Source: Nitrososphaerota archaeon (GTDB taxonomy: Archaea > Thermoproteota > Nitrososphaeria_A > Caldarchaeales > Calditenuaceae). From it: 64,000 bases of DNA. This document shows positions 36,003 through 45,721 of this stretch, piece after piece; positions within the stretch are counted from its first letter, which is position 1, and each line of letters begins with the position of its first letter. The stretch spans positions 1 through 64,000 of the forward strand of contig JAWBQR010000003.1 of assembly GCA_038845265.1 (NCBI GenBank), given 5' to 3'. The notes under the pieces are model-generated. The model had not been told where the DNA came from. It did no database searches and saw nothing but the letters and a program-made list of their open reading frames with translations. The position numbers were made by a program, and so were the translations under genes.

Positions 36003-37061
36003 ATGAAGCCTAGGGGAATTGGATTGAAGAAAGCATTAATGCTTGGGTATTGGGTGGCACAAGAGCAATATCCGCCGGATAAGCTGTTAGAATTTGCTAC
36101 TCATGCATCAGTCATAGGATTTGACATAATTGTTACGAGCGATCACTTCCATCCCTGGTGTGACAAGGGAGGTCAGGCAGGACATCCATGGATATGGCTG
36201 ACAGCTGTCGCTGAAAGAATTAAAAAGGTCGAAATAGGAACAGCAGTCACTACTCCACTATTCAGATATCATCCAGCCATAGTTGCACAAGCATTTGCAA
36301 CACTTGACTACCTATATCCAGGCAGAGTCTTTATAACAGTAGGAACAGGACATGCAATGAACGAAGTCCCGTTAGGCTTTAAGTGGCCTACATTTAAAGA
36401 GAAAGTTGAGAGGTTAAGAGAAGCAATTGAGATAATTCAGTTATTATGGAAGGGGGACTTTGTTGATTATGATGGAAAATATTATAAATTAAACAAGGCT
36501 AAATTATATACAAGTCCAAAGAAAAAAATAAAACTATATGTAGCCACATCAAATAGTAAGGTTGCCGAGATTGCGGGAGAACTCGGTGATGGCATATTAA
36601 CAAATCCGAGAGGACTTCAAAATTATCTAGAGATAGCTGCGGCAATGGAGAAAGCAGCTGAACGAGTAGGAAAGGATCCAAGTGAGCTTCATAGATGCAT
36701 GGAGTTTAAGGTCTCATATGATGTTGATTATGATAGGGCCTTTAGGGCTGCAATGTTCTGGGCACCGACAGCTATACCTAGGCAAAAAAGAGAAAAAATT
36801 TCAGATCCAAGAGAGCTTGAGGCTATGGTTGGCCCTGAGGAGGAGAAGAAAATAAAGGAAACATGGCTAATCACTAGTGATTCTGACGATATTTACAAGT
36901 CGCTGGGGGAATTTTTAAAGCTAGGATTCGATAGAGTCTACATACACAGTGCATCACCCAATGAAGAAAAATTCCTAAACCTACTTGGCCGAGAGATCCT
37001 TCCCTGGATGCGTGAATATTATGAAAGCCTCAAAGTACCATTAAGAGCATCTGCTGAATAG
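36003..37061 (+). CDS. F420-dependent LLM oxidoreductase, G6PDH/Fgd family
   Basis: EQY.P, SDHFHPW, TPLFRYHPAIVAQAFATL, GTG.AMNE, WP.FKE..ERLRE closely follow Fgd. Confidence 0.85.
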   Translation: MKPRGIGLKKALMLGYWVAQEQYPPDKLLEFATHASVIGFDIIVTSDHFHPWCDKGGQAGHPWIWLTAVAERIKKVEIGTAVTTPLFRYHPAIVAQAFATLDYLYPGRVFITVGTGHAMNEVPLGFKWPTFKEKVERLREAIEIIQLLWKGDFVDYDGKYYKLNKAKLYTSPKKKIKLYVATSNSKVAEIAGELGDGILTNPRGLQNYLEIAAAMEKAAERVGKDPSELHRCMEFKVSYDVDYDRAFRAAMFWAPTAIPRQKREKISDPRELEAMVGPEEEKKIKETWLITSDSDDIYKSLGEFLKLGFDRVYIHSASPNEEKFLNLLGREILPWMREYYESLKVPLRASAE

Positions 37062-37081
37062 ATCCGATTGCTTATTGTTGT

Positions 37082-38239
37082 TTAAGATATCACAGAATGA
37101 TACCATTTGAGAATGTATTCAGGTAGTCTGAGCCCTCTATCTCTCAGTCTATCCACAAGGTACAGTGGTATTGGGCTTGTTGCATAAGCTGCCTTGATAT
37201 AAAAATCATTAGGAGAGCCAGCTCTATATTTTGACTCTATATAGTATGAATAATCAGAGAGACTTTCAATTGTTGAGTTCTTAGTGCCGACTATGGACGC
37301 TACAATTCCGCCTAGCTTCTTAAAGTTTTTGCACCATGAAGCAACTACTTCAGTCTCACCGCTATAGGAGATCACAATAAGTACGTCGCCTGCCCTTGGG
37401 GCTGGAGTGCTTGACTCGCCGCTTACATAGACTTGATCACCAATAGCCCTTTTTACGTGTCCCAGTCTTACTGCTGTCATTCTTGCAACTTCATGACTGC
37501 TTCCAAGCCCAGCAAAAAAGCATACATGTCTACGTTCAAGAAGGTCTACAAGCGTCTTGAGAAAATCAGACTTGACGATATCTTCTACAATCAGTGTAGT
37601 CTCACCGACAAGCCTTGAGATCTTTTGGTTGATAACAGATGGAGAGGAATCTTCGTGTATGGCTTCAGCTAATGCGTGTAGTATTAATCCAGCTCCTAGT
37701 ATAAACACATCTTCAAGTATACCTACTGCCTTAAACTCTGTTGTCTCGGCTGAATCGTTATAAATTTCTCTGCCCTTAAGAATAGTTAATGTGCCGAACT
37801 TCTCACCAAGCTTACCTAAAGGTGATTCAGAATCACTCGTAATTACATCAATTCTATAATCTCTATTATTCTCAATTTTTGAGATCAATAATGCCATTTT
37901 TTGGGCGTCTACAAGTGGAATTAGTGATTTTCCACTCCCAGATAATATGAGTAATGAGACTTGGCCATACCTTTGTCTAAGAATGGGGGCTGCCATATCG
38001 ATGTCTCTTTCTGGAAAACCTATGTCTCCTCTGTCAACCACTATTTTTCCTCTACTCATCTTTGCCATCTCGCTACATACGATACTTAGGGCGCCCTTAC
38101 TTCTTCCTTCGCCACTTGGAATAATTACGCCGGCACTTTTAAGATCTATGTAGAGATTTTCTAACTGTCTAGGATTAAGTTCCGTCAGATTTTTGATTAT
38201 GCGATTCATGAATCCTACGGTACTCGCTTGTATAGACAT
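37082..38239 (-). CDS. Tandem SIS-domain sugar-phosphate isomerase (6-phospho-3-hexuloisomerase-like)
   Basis: Two PHI-like repeats: GEGRS..LSGSGKS..ITSDSESPLG and GLGSS..ISYSGET..GTKNSTI. Confidence 0.75.
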   Translation of the reverse strand: MSIQASTVGFMNRIIKNLTELNPRQLENLYIDLKSAGVIIPSGEGRSKGALSIVCSEMAKMSRGKIVVDRGDIGFPERDIDMAAPILRQRYGQVSLLILSGSGKSLIPLVDAQKMALLISKIENNRDYRIDVITSDSESPLGKLGEKFGTLTILKGREIYNDSAETTEFKAVGILEDVFILGAGLILHALAEAIHEDSSPSVINQKISRLVGETTLIVEDIVKSDFLKTLVDLLERRHVCFFAGLGSSHEVARMTAVRLGHVKRAIGDQVYVSGESSTPAPRAGDVLIVISYSGETEVVASWCKNFKKLGGIVASIVGTKNSTIESLSDYSYYIESKYRAGSPNDFYIKAAYATSPIPLYLVDRLRDRGLRLPEYILKWYHSVIS

Positions 38240-38283
38240 TTCATCAACAATACTAGTTAGCCTTGATAAAAATATTTAATGCA

Positions 38284-39057
38284 TTAGGGTTGTCTCCATC
38301 TTGCATATTTCAATAACAATGCATTTATTAACACAGTATATAGAATTAGACCAATCCACATCAGTATTGTTTCAAAAAAACTTATGGAGACTAATTGTAT
38401 GGAAGCTTGCGCTAATCTGGCTGGGACTGTTGTCGGAATTATGTATACAAGCACTCGGAGAATTGGGTCACTAATTATGTGTACTGGGTAATATACTGGT
38501 GGGAGAAAAGATAAGATGGCCGTTAGTATTGGGCCGTATGTCCATAGGTCTTTTATGTCATTGAGGAAGCTAGATATTAGAAATGCAAGGGCCGAGACCA
38601 ACGCCCAAGTTAGTCCAATACAGGACAAGAGAATCATGCCTGAATAGAGTGTTAAATAGCCATAGACTTGTAAAAGAATAAAAAAGATCAATATTCCAGG
38701 TAGTGCGGTAATAAGATTTCCAATAGCTAGGCCCAATGAGTATGTCAATGGACCGACGGGTGAAGCAACATACATGCCTTGAAGTTTGAGGACAATTCTT
38801 AAAAATGCTGCATCACTTTCTAGAGAGATAGTTGTTGCAACCGTGATTGTTATTATTCCTCCAATCAATACATATGGTAGGTAATGGGATCCACCATAGA
38901 GATTTATGAAGAAGAGTAATGCTAAGGGGGTAATTCCATAACTTAAGCTCCAGAATGGATTTCGCTTAAAAGGCATGATACCGAAAAGTGCCATTACTGC
39001 ATAGATGGATTTGATAACTCTAATCATCTCTTTAAGCTTCATCATGAACACTGCCAC
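38284..39057 (-). CDS. ABC-2 type permease
   Basis: About 6 TM, YVASP, PPVYYP; overlaps the ATPase gene. Confidence 0.85.
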   Translation of the reverse strand: MAVFMMKLKEMIRVIKSIYAVMALFGIMPFKRNPFWSLSYGITPLALLFFINLYGGSHYLPYVLIGGIITITVATTISLESDAAFLRIVLKLQGMYVASPVGPLTYSLGLAIGNLITALPGILIFFILLQVYGYLTLYSGMILLSCIGLTWALVSALAFLISSFLNDIKDLWTYGPILTAILSFLPPVYYPVHIISDPILRVLVYIIPTTVPARLAQASIQLVSISFFETILMWIGLILYTVLINALLLKYARWRQP

Positions 39058-39943
39058 CTACTAATGAAATAAATACGTCTTCTAATCTTATTGGTGAAAT
39101 GGTTATTTGGCAGCCCTGATTCAAAACAAGCTTAGCAACCTCATCTATATGATCTTCATCTACGTATAGTAGAAGTTTATCACCTAGATTAATTACCTGC
39201 CCATATTTTCGCAAAGCTGCTTCGGGGATGGTGCATTTAATCTCTACGCGTATCTTTGGTTTAATCTTAAATTTTATGCTCTGTAAATCTCCATATGTAA
39301 GTAGTCGGCCTCTATCCATTATGGCGATTCGATTAGATAGGACCTCTGCTTCTTCCATGTCTTGCGTCGTTAAGATAAAAGTGAAACCCCTCTTCGCGTA
39401 TTGATTGATGTATTTCCAGACATTAATCTTGCTTATAGGATCCAAACCAATCGTTGGTTCATCTAAAAAAGTGACCTCGGCTTCAGCCGCTATTGCCATC
39501 GTAACTAAGACTCTTTGACGCAGCCCTCCCGATAGTTTCGAGCAAATTACATTACGATGCTCCCAAAGATCCATCTCTCTCAAATACCTAGTTGTCCTTT
39601 CTCTCGCATCATTCATGCTTAATCCTCGTGCTGACAAATAGTAGTATACGTGTTCCCATGGTGTTGCCAAGCTGAGTGGTCTAGCCTCTTGTGGGACGAC
39701 GGCTATCAATTTTCTTACATTCTTTGCGTCTTTAAAAACATCGTAATCAAGGATCCGCACCGTTCCAGATGTCTGTCGTAACTGTGTAGTAGCTATGTTT
39801 ATGAACGTTGTCTTTCCAGCCCCGTTCCTTCCTAACAACGAGACAAGCTCGCCCCGATTAACTGTCAATGTGAAGTCCCGCAATGCCCAGTTTATCCCAT
39901 CATATGTCTTTGAGACATTAAATGCCTCTAAGACATTCTTCAT
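39032..39943 (-). CDS. ABC transporter ATP-binding protein (DrrA-like)
   Basis: GRNGAGKTT, LSGG, LDEPTIGLD. Confidence 0.92.
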   Translation of the reverse strand: MKNVLEAFNVSKTYDGINWALRDFTLTVNRGELVSLLGRNGAGKTTFINIATTQLRQTSGTVRILDYDVFKDAKNVRKLIAVVPQEARPLSLATPWEHVYYYLSARGLSMNDARERTTRYLREMDLWEHRNVICSKLSGGLRQRVLVTMAIAAEAEVTFLDEPTIGLDPISKINVWKYINQYAKRGFTFILTTQDMEEAEVLSNRIAIMDRGRLLTYGDLQSIKFKIKPKIRVEIKCTIPEAALRKYGQVINLGDKLLLYVDEDHIDEVAKLVLNQGCQITISPIRLEDVFISLVGGSVHDEA

Positions 39944-40035
39944 TAATATTGAAGATGCATTTTCTGAGATTAATACTATGCATTCCTGTTTAGAAATATT
40001 TATCTAAGAGAAGTAAAAATATTATATGAGGTATC

Positions 40036-40281
40036 ATGCCGATCGCGTTCGTGTTAATTAATACAGAAATTGGAGCAGAAGAAGAGGTTGTTAAGCAGAT
40101 AAAAAAGTTACCAGCCGTCAAAGAGGCATATCTAGTCTATGGTGTTTACGACATAGTAGCCAAGGTTGAGGCTGAAACGATGGATAAGCTAAAAGAGATT
40201 GTATCTTGGAATATTAGGCGCCTCGAAAAGGTGAGGTCTACATTAACTATGCTCGTCATGAGTGGTGAGCAGGGAGGTTAA
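40036..40281 (+). CDS. Stand-alone Lrp/AsnC ligand-binding-domain protein
   Basis: AFVLIN..G.E, VYGVYDIVAKV, IRR...V.STLT. Confidence 0.9.
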   Translation: MPIAFVLINTEIGAEEEVVKQIKKLPAVKEAYLVYGVYDIVAKVEAETMDKLKEIVSWNIRRLEKVRSTLTMLVMSGEQGG

Positions 40282-41541
40282 ATAACTAGGACTGACGAGG
40301 TGTCTCCTGGCGGAGACGGCGACATCATAAGTTCCAATGGTTATTTTTCGCTCCTTTTTCGTTGATATAGGTTTCATATTACTCATCCTTAATTCGCATT
40401 TAGAGCATCTATATCCCTTCTCTCTTCCAAGAGATTTCATTTTTCTGCCACATCTTGGACAGGTCGGAGCCTCAAAAACCAGTTTAGGCGCCAGGTCCAA
40501 TATTTTGAGTTTCTCAATATTTAACGTTATTCCTTGGGGCTTCAGTTTTACGGCCCCATATACCTCGATGGTGTCTCCTGGAATTAGCTCTGCGATTACT
40601 TTTCTCAAATTGCCTGTCGGTTCATATGCAGCGAGCGTTATTCTGCCTGTATTGTCTTCCATTTCTATGAATACGTGCCCTCCTTCTATTACTCTTGGCC
40701 TGGAGGCTACTCTTCCAGTAATAACGACGGATTGAAGTGGAACTACATCCTTTATTCTGGTCCGTACATAATGTAAATCTGTGGCCTGGTTAGTCTTGAA
40801 AATCTCAAAGAACGCCACAGGCTCGCCTATCTTTAACATATTATAAGCAGTCACGGCATACTTATCATCTATTGACCGCACCCCAAGTAAGACTGGGCAC
40901 GGCGTATTGGGAGCTATCCTTATACAGTCCTTGTCATAGTCATAGTTATCAAAGGTAAATGGCCGGGTAGAAAGGTCCATCTTTATTACTGAATCTCGAT
41001 CAATTCTCCGAGGCTTACCCCAATTTTCAGGAGTTCTATAAGCGATAAGTTCATATGTCTTGAGCGTGGATACATCAGCTCCAGCTGCCGCTAATGCACC
41101 GACTATGCCTCGTCCCTCCTTATACACCTTATATTTTATATCAAGCTCGGAGCATAGTCTATAAGCCTCTTCAAGATCTATTATCTCTCTTAAAGTCCTC
41201 CAGTAATGCTCTATAAGACTCCCCCTCTTTTCCTCAGGAACATAGACTATTCCTGGATCAGTGCCGTCGCTTTCAAGATCAGCATACCTCTCGACTATTT
41301 CAGCGACCGTATCCTCAATCACTTGCATGTTTGTCTCATCAACTTTTAAGACAATACATAGTGCAGCATTCCCCCTAGTCTTAAATGGACAATTAGGGTT
41401 GAGTCTTACTAGCCATGGATAATCTGCCCTTCTATATCCCTTCTCTTCAAGGACTTTTAACGCCATAGCAGCGACATAAGTAGTACACATAGTCCGCTTA
41501 GAATCAGTGTCATCAATCCCTATGTACAGCGTCTTCGGCAT
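40243..41541 (-). CDS. tiaS: tRNA(Ile2) agmatidine synthetase
   Basis: IGIDDTDS..CTT, LVRLNPN.PFKTRGN, FKTNQ.TD, GGHV, AYEPT, C-terminal Zn ribbon. Confidence 0.95.
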   Translation of the reverse strand: MPKTLYIGIDDTDSKRTMCTTYVAAMALKVLEEKGYRRADYPWLVRLNPNCPFKTRGNAALCIVLKVDETNMQVIEDTVAEIVERYADLESDGTDPGIVYVPEEKRGSLIEHYWRTLREIIDLEEAYRLCSELDIKYKVYKEGRGIVGALAAAGADVSTLKTYELIAYRTPENWGKPRRIDRDSVIKMDLSTRPFTFDNYDYDKDCIRIAPNTPCPVLLGVRSIDDKYAVTAYNMLKIGEPVAFFEIFKTNQATDLHYVRTRIKDVVPLQSVVITGRVASRPRVIEGGHVFIEMEDNTGRITLAAYEPTGNLRKVIAELIPGDTIEVYGAVKLKPQGITLNIEKLKILDLAPKLVFEAPTCPRCGRKMKSLGREKGYRCSKCELRMSNMKPISTKKERKITIGTYDVAVSARRHLVSPSYLTSLLTTHDEHS

Positions 41542-41594
41542 CTATTTTTATTATTTCACTTACCTAAATTAGAGCTTTAATTGTCGTTCTTCAG

Positions 41595-42701
41595 ATGATA
41601 CTATGGATAAAAATGAAGTATCGAGACATGTTGAACAGTTTCGTGCCATATGAGTGGGAACCCTCCACAATGGAGATAGCGTCAAGAATTGGATTAGATC
41701 CTAAAAAAATCATTAGGCTTGACACTAATACTTCGCCTATCCCGCCCGTCAAACTTCTCTCCAAAATTGGCAAACGAATTCATAAGATACAGATTAATCA
41801 ATACCCTGATACTAGTTATTCTGCGCTTCGAGAGGCGATATCAGACTACACCGATATTTCAATGGATTCAATAATCCCTACGAATGGTGCTGATGAGGCA
41901 TTAGACATTATTTGTAAAATATTTCTTGAGAATGGATACGAGGCAATTGCCTCTACCCCAACTTATTCATACTTTAGAATAGCCGTCGAGCTGCAAGGTG
42001 GAAGATATGTAGGTATTATCAGGAATGCTGATTATTCAGACAACATAGAGGCAATCCTATCAAGAATAAATAACCAGACTAGACTCATATTTCTCTGCAG
42101 TCCGAACAACCCGACTGGTAACCTTACACCGATAGAAGACATAGAAAAAATATGCAAAGAAACCGATGCCGCCGTTGTTGTTGATGAAGCATATTACGAG
42201 TTCAGTGGTAAAACGGCTGCTAGTCTAATCGAAAAATATGATAATCTGATAATTGTAAGGACGATGTCAAAGGCATTCAGCCTAGCGGGTGCGAGGATTG
42301 GATATATCCTAGCATCCGGAAAAACTGTGAGGCTCCTAAATAAGGCTAGGCCTCCTAATAGTCTCGGGGTCATAAACATCGAGTTAGCCATACTTGCATT
42401 AAAGAAACGAAAATACATGTACGACCTGACTAGACTGATCAATAGTGAAAAGGAGAAATTATTTAGGAAATTATCTAAGATAGATGGTATGATAGTATAT
42501 CCCTCTGAGGCAAACTTTCTGCTGATAAAGTTTATAGATCCACCTGCAGATAAAGTCTATGAACACCTCTTGAAAGAAGGAATAGTTGTCAGGAATTTAT
42601 CCACAATACCCGCGACTAAGGATTGTTTGAGAATAACTATCGGTACAAAGAAACAAAATCAGAGATTACTCAACGCGCTGAATAAAATAAAGGGTGAATA
42701 A
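41595..42701 (+). CDS. hisC: Histidinol-phosphate aminotransferase
   Basis: NGADE, SPNNPTG, DEAY, RTMSKAFSLAGARIGY. Confidence 0.9.
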   Translation: MILWIKMKYRDMLNSFVPYEWEPSTMEIASRIGLDPKKIIRLDTNTSPIPPVKLLSKIGKRIHKIQINQYPDTSYSALREAISDYTDISMDSIIPTNGADEALDIICKIFLENGYEAIASTPTYSYFRIAVELQGGRYVGIIRNADYSDNIEAILSRINNQTRLIFLCSPNNPTGNLTPIEDIEKICKETDAAVVVDEAYYEFSGKTAASLIEKYDNLIIVRTMSKAFSLAGARIGYILASGKTVRLLNKARPPNSLGVINIELAILALKKRKYMYDLTRLINSEKEKLFRKLSKIDGMIVYPSEANFLLIKFIDPPADKVYEHLLKEGIVVRNLSTIPATKDCLRITIGTKKQNQRLLNALNKIKGE

Positions 42702-43116
42702 ATATATGCGGACCTATACATCAACAATAAAAATAAAATCGACCAACAGAGTAGAAATGATTAACATCACTCATAAAGTAAGTGAAATTTTGCGGAGTTC
42801 TGAAATAAAAAATGGCATAGTATTGCTGTTTACAAGGCACACAACGTCTGCATTGACCATAAATGAAGATGAGCATAGGCTAAAGAAAGATATCATGGAT
42901 TTATTGGAAAAGATAGTTCCAGAAAATGCAGATTATAGGCATAACGAGATAGACAACAATGCTGACGCGCATCTGCGTTCAAGCTTGATGCAGCCTTTCC
43001 TAATAATCCCCATAGTCAACGGCTCCTTACAATTGGGAACATGGCAGAGTCTATTCTTCCTCGAGCTAGACGGTCCAAGAAATAGAGAAATTATAGCAAC
43101 GATAATAGGCGAATAG
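42694..43116 (+). CDS. yjbQ: YjbQ/UPF0047 family protein
   Basis: HTTSALTINE, YRHN..NADAHL, LGTWQ..ELDGPR. Confidence 0.92.
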   Translation: MNKYMRTYTSTIKIKSTNRVEMINITHKVSEILRSSEIKNGIVLLFTRHTTSALTINEDEHRLKKDIMDLLEKIVPENADYRHNEIDNNADAHLRSSLMQPFLIIPIVNGSLQLGTWQSLFFLELDGPRNREIIATIIGE

Positions 43117-43119
43117 GCT

Positions 43120-44595
43120 TTAAACTCCGAGTCTGAGATATGCGTCATTAAGCTCATAAATAAATTTATCACGCCATTTCTGAAACGCCTGAGGATATTT
43201 TGGATATTCTTCGTATAGACTGATTAGGCGCCTGCTTTTTTTCGCAACAAAGCTTAGACCTCGGGCAAGCCTCGGCCTTTCCATCACTCTTCTCCTCAAC
43301 TCTCCATCGATTAGAAGTCTCAAAAAACCGCTTAGAAGCGGAAATCTGGGATGTTCTCTCCTCTTTATGCTTTCAATATCTTCTTGTGATAAGAAGTATT
43401 TCATGCCAAAATTGATATCATCATTTGATAACGTTTGGAGATACCTCCTTAAGACCTCGAAGCTTGCCATCTGATAGCCATACAGTTTTACGTATTCTAC
43501 ATTGTATTTCCAGAGTCCATTTTCACTGACATCGCCGGATTCAATGGATTCTACGAGAGTCCTCCCAAGCACTACACTTGCATACAATGCGGGCCCCATA
43601 CCTCCTGCATCAATAGGCCTAGGCATCCATGCTGCATCGCCAATTATTGCAAAGCCGTTAGCGACCATACAATCATTTTGTCTCCTTACGGAGACTTGCC
43701 AAACGCCATATGAGTTACCGAGATCAAGCGGACCATTCGGCTCTCTCGGATTTCTAAGCACCATATTTGCCTTGACATATTTATCGATTAAAGATCTGAG
43801 AGTATCATTAAGCCCACTCATCATGTTGCGACGATCGAGACTTTTCTTCTGTATTCCTAACCCTATGTTTACCTTAGATTCTCCTTTTGGAAAAGTCCAA
43901 GCATATCCACCAGGCGCCAAGAATTGATCTAAATGAATCAAGCAATATTTCGGAGAGAACTGTGACTCATCATTTGCCGCTGGGTCGAACTCTAAAATAT
44001 ATCTACCAGTCGATTCTAAATCATTTTCCTTATCTATCTCTCTTTCTATCCAACTTTTGATCGGTAGATTCGCCCTAAGGATTGATGCTGCGCCTGAAGC
44101 ATCGACTACTACTTTAGCAGTCTTCTTAAAGATGCCCTTATCAATCATATTAATCCCTTCTACTCCCGAGATAAAGTCATTCCTGACTAAGAGCTTCCTG
44201 ACGTCTACTCCATGAGCTACATCTACACCCATTTTCTCAAGATACATAAGCTGTTTCCTAGACCATGCTTTCCTATTAACCAGATATCCATCACCATCAA
44301 AGATAACTTTCACTTCACGGTTGGGCGAATAGAGCAGGACACCATCGACCTTATGCTCAATTTCTGGGCTATCGTAGCGTATGCCGAGATTATTACACAC
44401 GTAGTCGAGACTCCTCTTGCTTACTGCATCACCGCATATCCAGCCACTCTTTGTCTTCTTCCCAAACTCCTCTCTTTTATTACGATCAACAAGGAGTATT
44501 CTCAGCCGCTGATTGGAAAATCTCGATATAGCCATCGCGGTATGACAACCAGCTACTCCACCTCCCACGATTATGACATCATAGTCGACATTCAT
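43120..44595 (-). CDS. Geranylgeranyl reductase family flavoprotein
   Basis: GGGVAG, CGDAVS, PGGYAWTFPK, GDAA..P.DAGG. ATG at 44595 is the likely start. Confidence 0.85.
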   Translation of the reverse strand: MNVDYDVIIVGGGVAGCHTAMAISRFSNQRLRILLVDRNKREEFGKKTKSGWICGDAVSKRSLDYVCNNLGIRYDSPEIEHKVDGVLLYSPNREVKVIFDGDGYLVNRKAWSRKQLMYLEKMGVDVAHGVDVRKLLVRNDFISGVEGINMIDKGIFKKTAKVVVDASGAASILRANLPIKSWIEREIDKENDLESTGRYILEFDPAANDESQFSPKYCLIHLDQFLAPGGYAWTFPKGESKVNIGLGIQKKSLDRRNMMSGLNDTLRSLIDKYVKANMVLRNPREPNGPLDLGNSYGVWQVSVRRQNDCMVANGFAIIGDAAWMPRPIDAGGMGPALYASVVLGRTLVESIESGDVSENGLWKYNVEYVKLYGYQMASFEVLRRYLQTLSNDDINFGMKYFLSQEDIESIKRREHPRFPLLSGFLRLLIDGELRRRVMERPRLARGLSFVAKKSRRLISLYEEYPKYPQAFQKWRDKFIYELNDAYLRLGV

Positions 44596-44715
44596 CAAGG
44601 ACGATGAACAAAAAAGAAGTATAAAACCATTGCCAAAATTCAACAAACCAAATTACATCGCTAAATAAAAAGGGAAGTACTTAAATTGTTCTATTCTTTA
44701 GACACATTCAGATCT

Positions 44716-44790
44716 CGGGCCCGGCGGGACTTGAACCCGCGTTCTCCGGCTCCGCAGGCCGGCGCCTTATCCAAGCTAGGCCACGGGCCC
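44716..44790 (-). tRNA. tRNA-Arg(GCG)
   Basis: Minus strand: GGGCCCG acceptor stem, CCGGC-CT GCG GA-GCCGG anticodon arm, GCGGG TTCAAGT CCCGC T arm. Confidence 0.96.
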
Positions 44791-44799
44791 CAAAATACC

Positions 44800-44940
44800 T
44801 CATTTATGATCAGCACACTCATTGATTATTTTTTCACATATTCTTCGCAATTCGTCTTTCATCATTGTTGCCTTGCTTGACAAAATTTTTTCTGCTTCTT
44901 CGAAAATTTTTTCAATCCGTTTAATGGTAGCCTCTTCCAT
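44800..44940 (-). CDS. Small 46-aa helical protein (not in the ORF track)
   Basis: MEEATIKRIEKIFEEAEKILSSKATMMKDELRRICEKIINECADHK*, starting 15 nt downstream of atpD on the same strand. Confidence 0.45.
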   Translation of the reverse strand: MEEATIKRIEKIFEEAEKILSSKATMMKDELRRICEKIINECADHK

Positions 44941-44955
44941 ATTTTTTATTTATGT

Positions 44956-45615
44956 TTAGGATGATTTAAGGCTAGTTGTCGATGACCTTCTTTCGATTAG
45001 TCTTTTAATATGTTTAAGTTTAGTAAAGTAGTCCCTCTCCATTTCATCTAACGTCATTGTTATTTCTTGAATGGCCGAGTTGTATCGAGGTATTACGACA
45101 TATTCTAATGCATTTAGTAGCCTCTGAGTCTTTTTTAGCTCATCAGCTACTCTAAAGATTGCGCTTTCTGCAGCGGCAGCATTACATAATATGGGAACTA
45201 TCTTTTTCATTTTTCTTACTGCTTCGTCTAAGCTGATTGAGGTATCGCTGATGCTGTAACTGTATTGGATATCACTTGATTTGACCTCTATTAACGGCAG
45301 AGGTATTCCCATCATCGTATATTTATTAATCTCTATCTTTACCGTTTCGGGAACAGTTAATGCGATGCTTTCAATTCTTGTTGGGCCTATCTTGATGTAG
45401 CTATCCTGGACGGAGAGGTAAGCATCAGTGAGCAGCTCGGTTAACTGTTCTCTATAATGTTTTGCCTGTTCTATCAATTCATTTAGCCTAGTAACAAGCA
45501 CGTCACGCTTATCCTCTAAAATGCTGTAGACACGTTCGGCAACACGTACTGATCTCCTTAGCCTAATTAATTCTAACTTGGTTTTCAGGTATCCTCCTCC
45601 AAACGAGACAGACAT
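44956..45615 (-). CDS. atpD: A/V-type ATP synthase subunit D
   Basis: TK.EL..L, LEDKRDVL, KKTQR.LNALEYVVIP, LDEMER. Confidence 0.93.
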   Translation of the reverse strand: MSVSFGGGYLKTKLELIRLRRSVRVAERVYSILEDKRDVLVTRLNELIEQAKHYREQLTELLTDAYLSVQDSYIKIGPTRIESIALTVPETVKIEINKYTMMGIPLPLIEVKSSDIQYSYSISDTSISLDEAVRKMKKIVPILCNAAAAESAIFRVADELKKTQRLLNALEYVVIPRYNSAIQEITMTLDEMERDYFTKLKHIKRLIERRSSTTSLKSS

Positions 45616-45721
45616 CTACTTTTCCGAGAACTCATTTTTTTAACTATAAAATAAATATTAAATCAATAGGAATGTAAGTAAGGTTATTTAATTTGGATTG
45701 ACTCATAATTAATTAGAATTT

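Noticed and set aside
44686-44880. 64-aa ORF on the + strand
   Set aside because: It is the antisense reading of tRNA-Arg(GCG).
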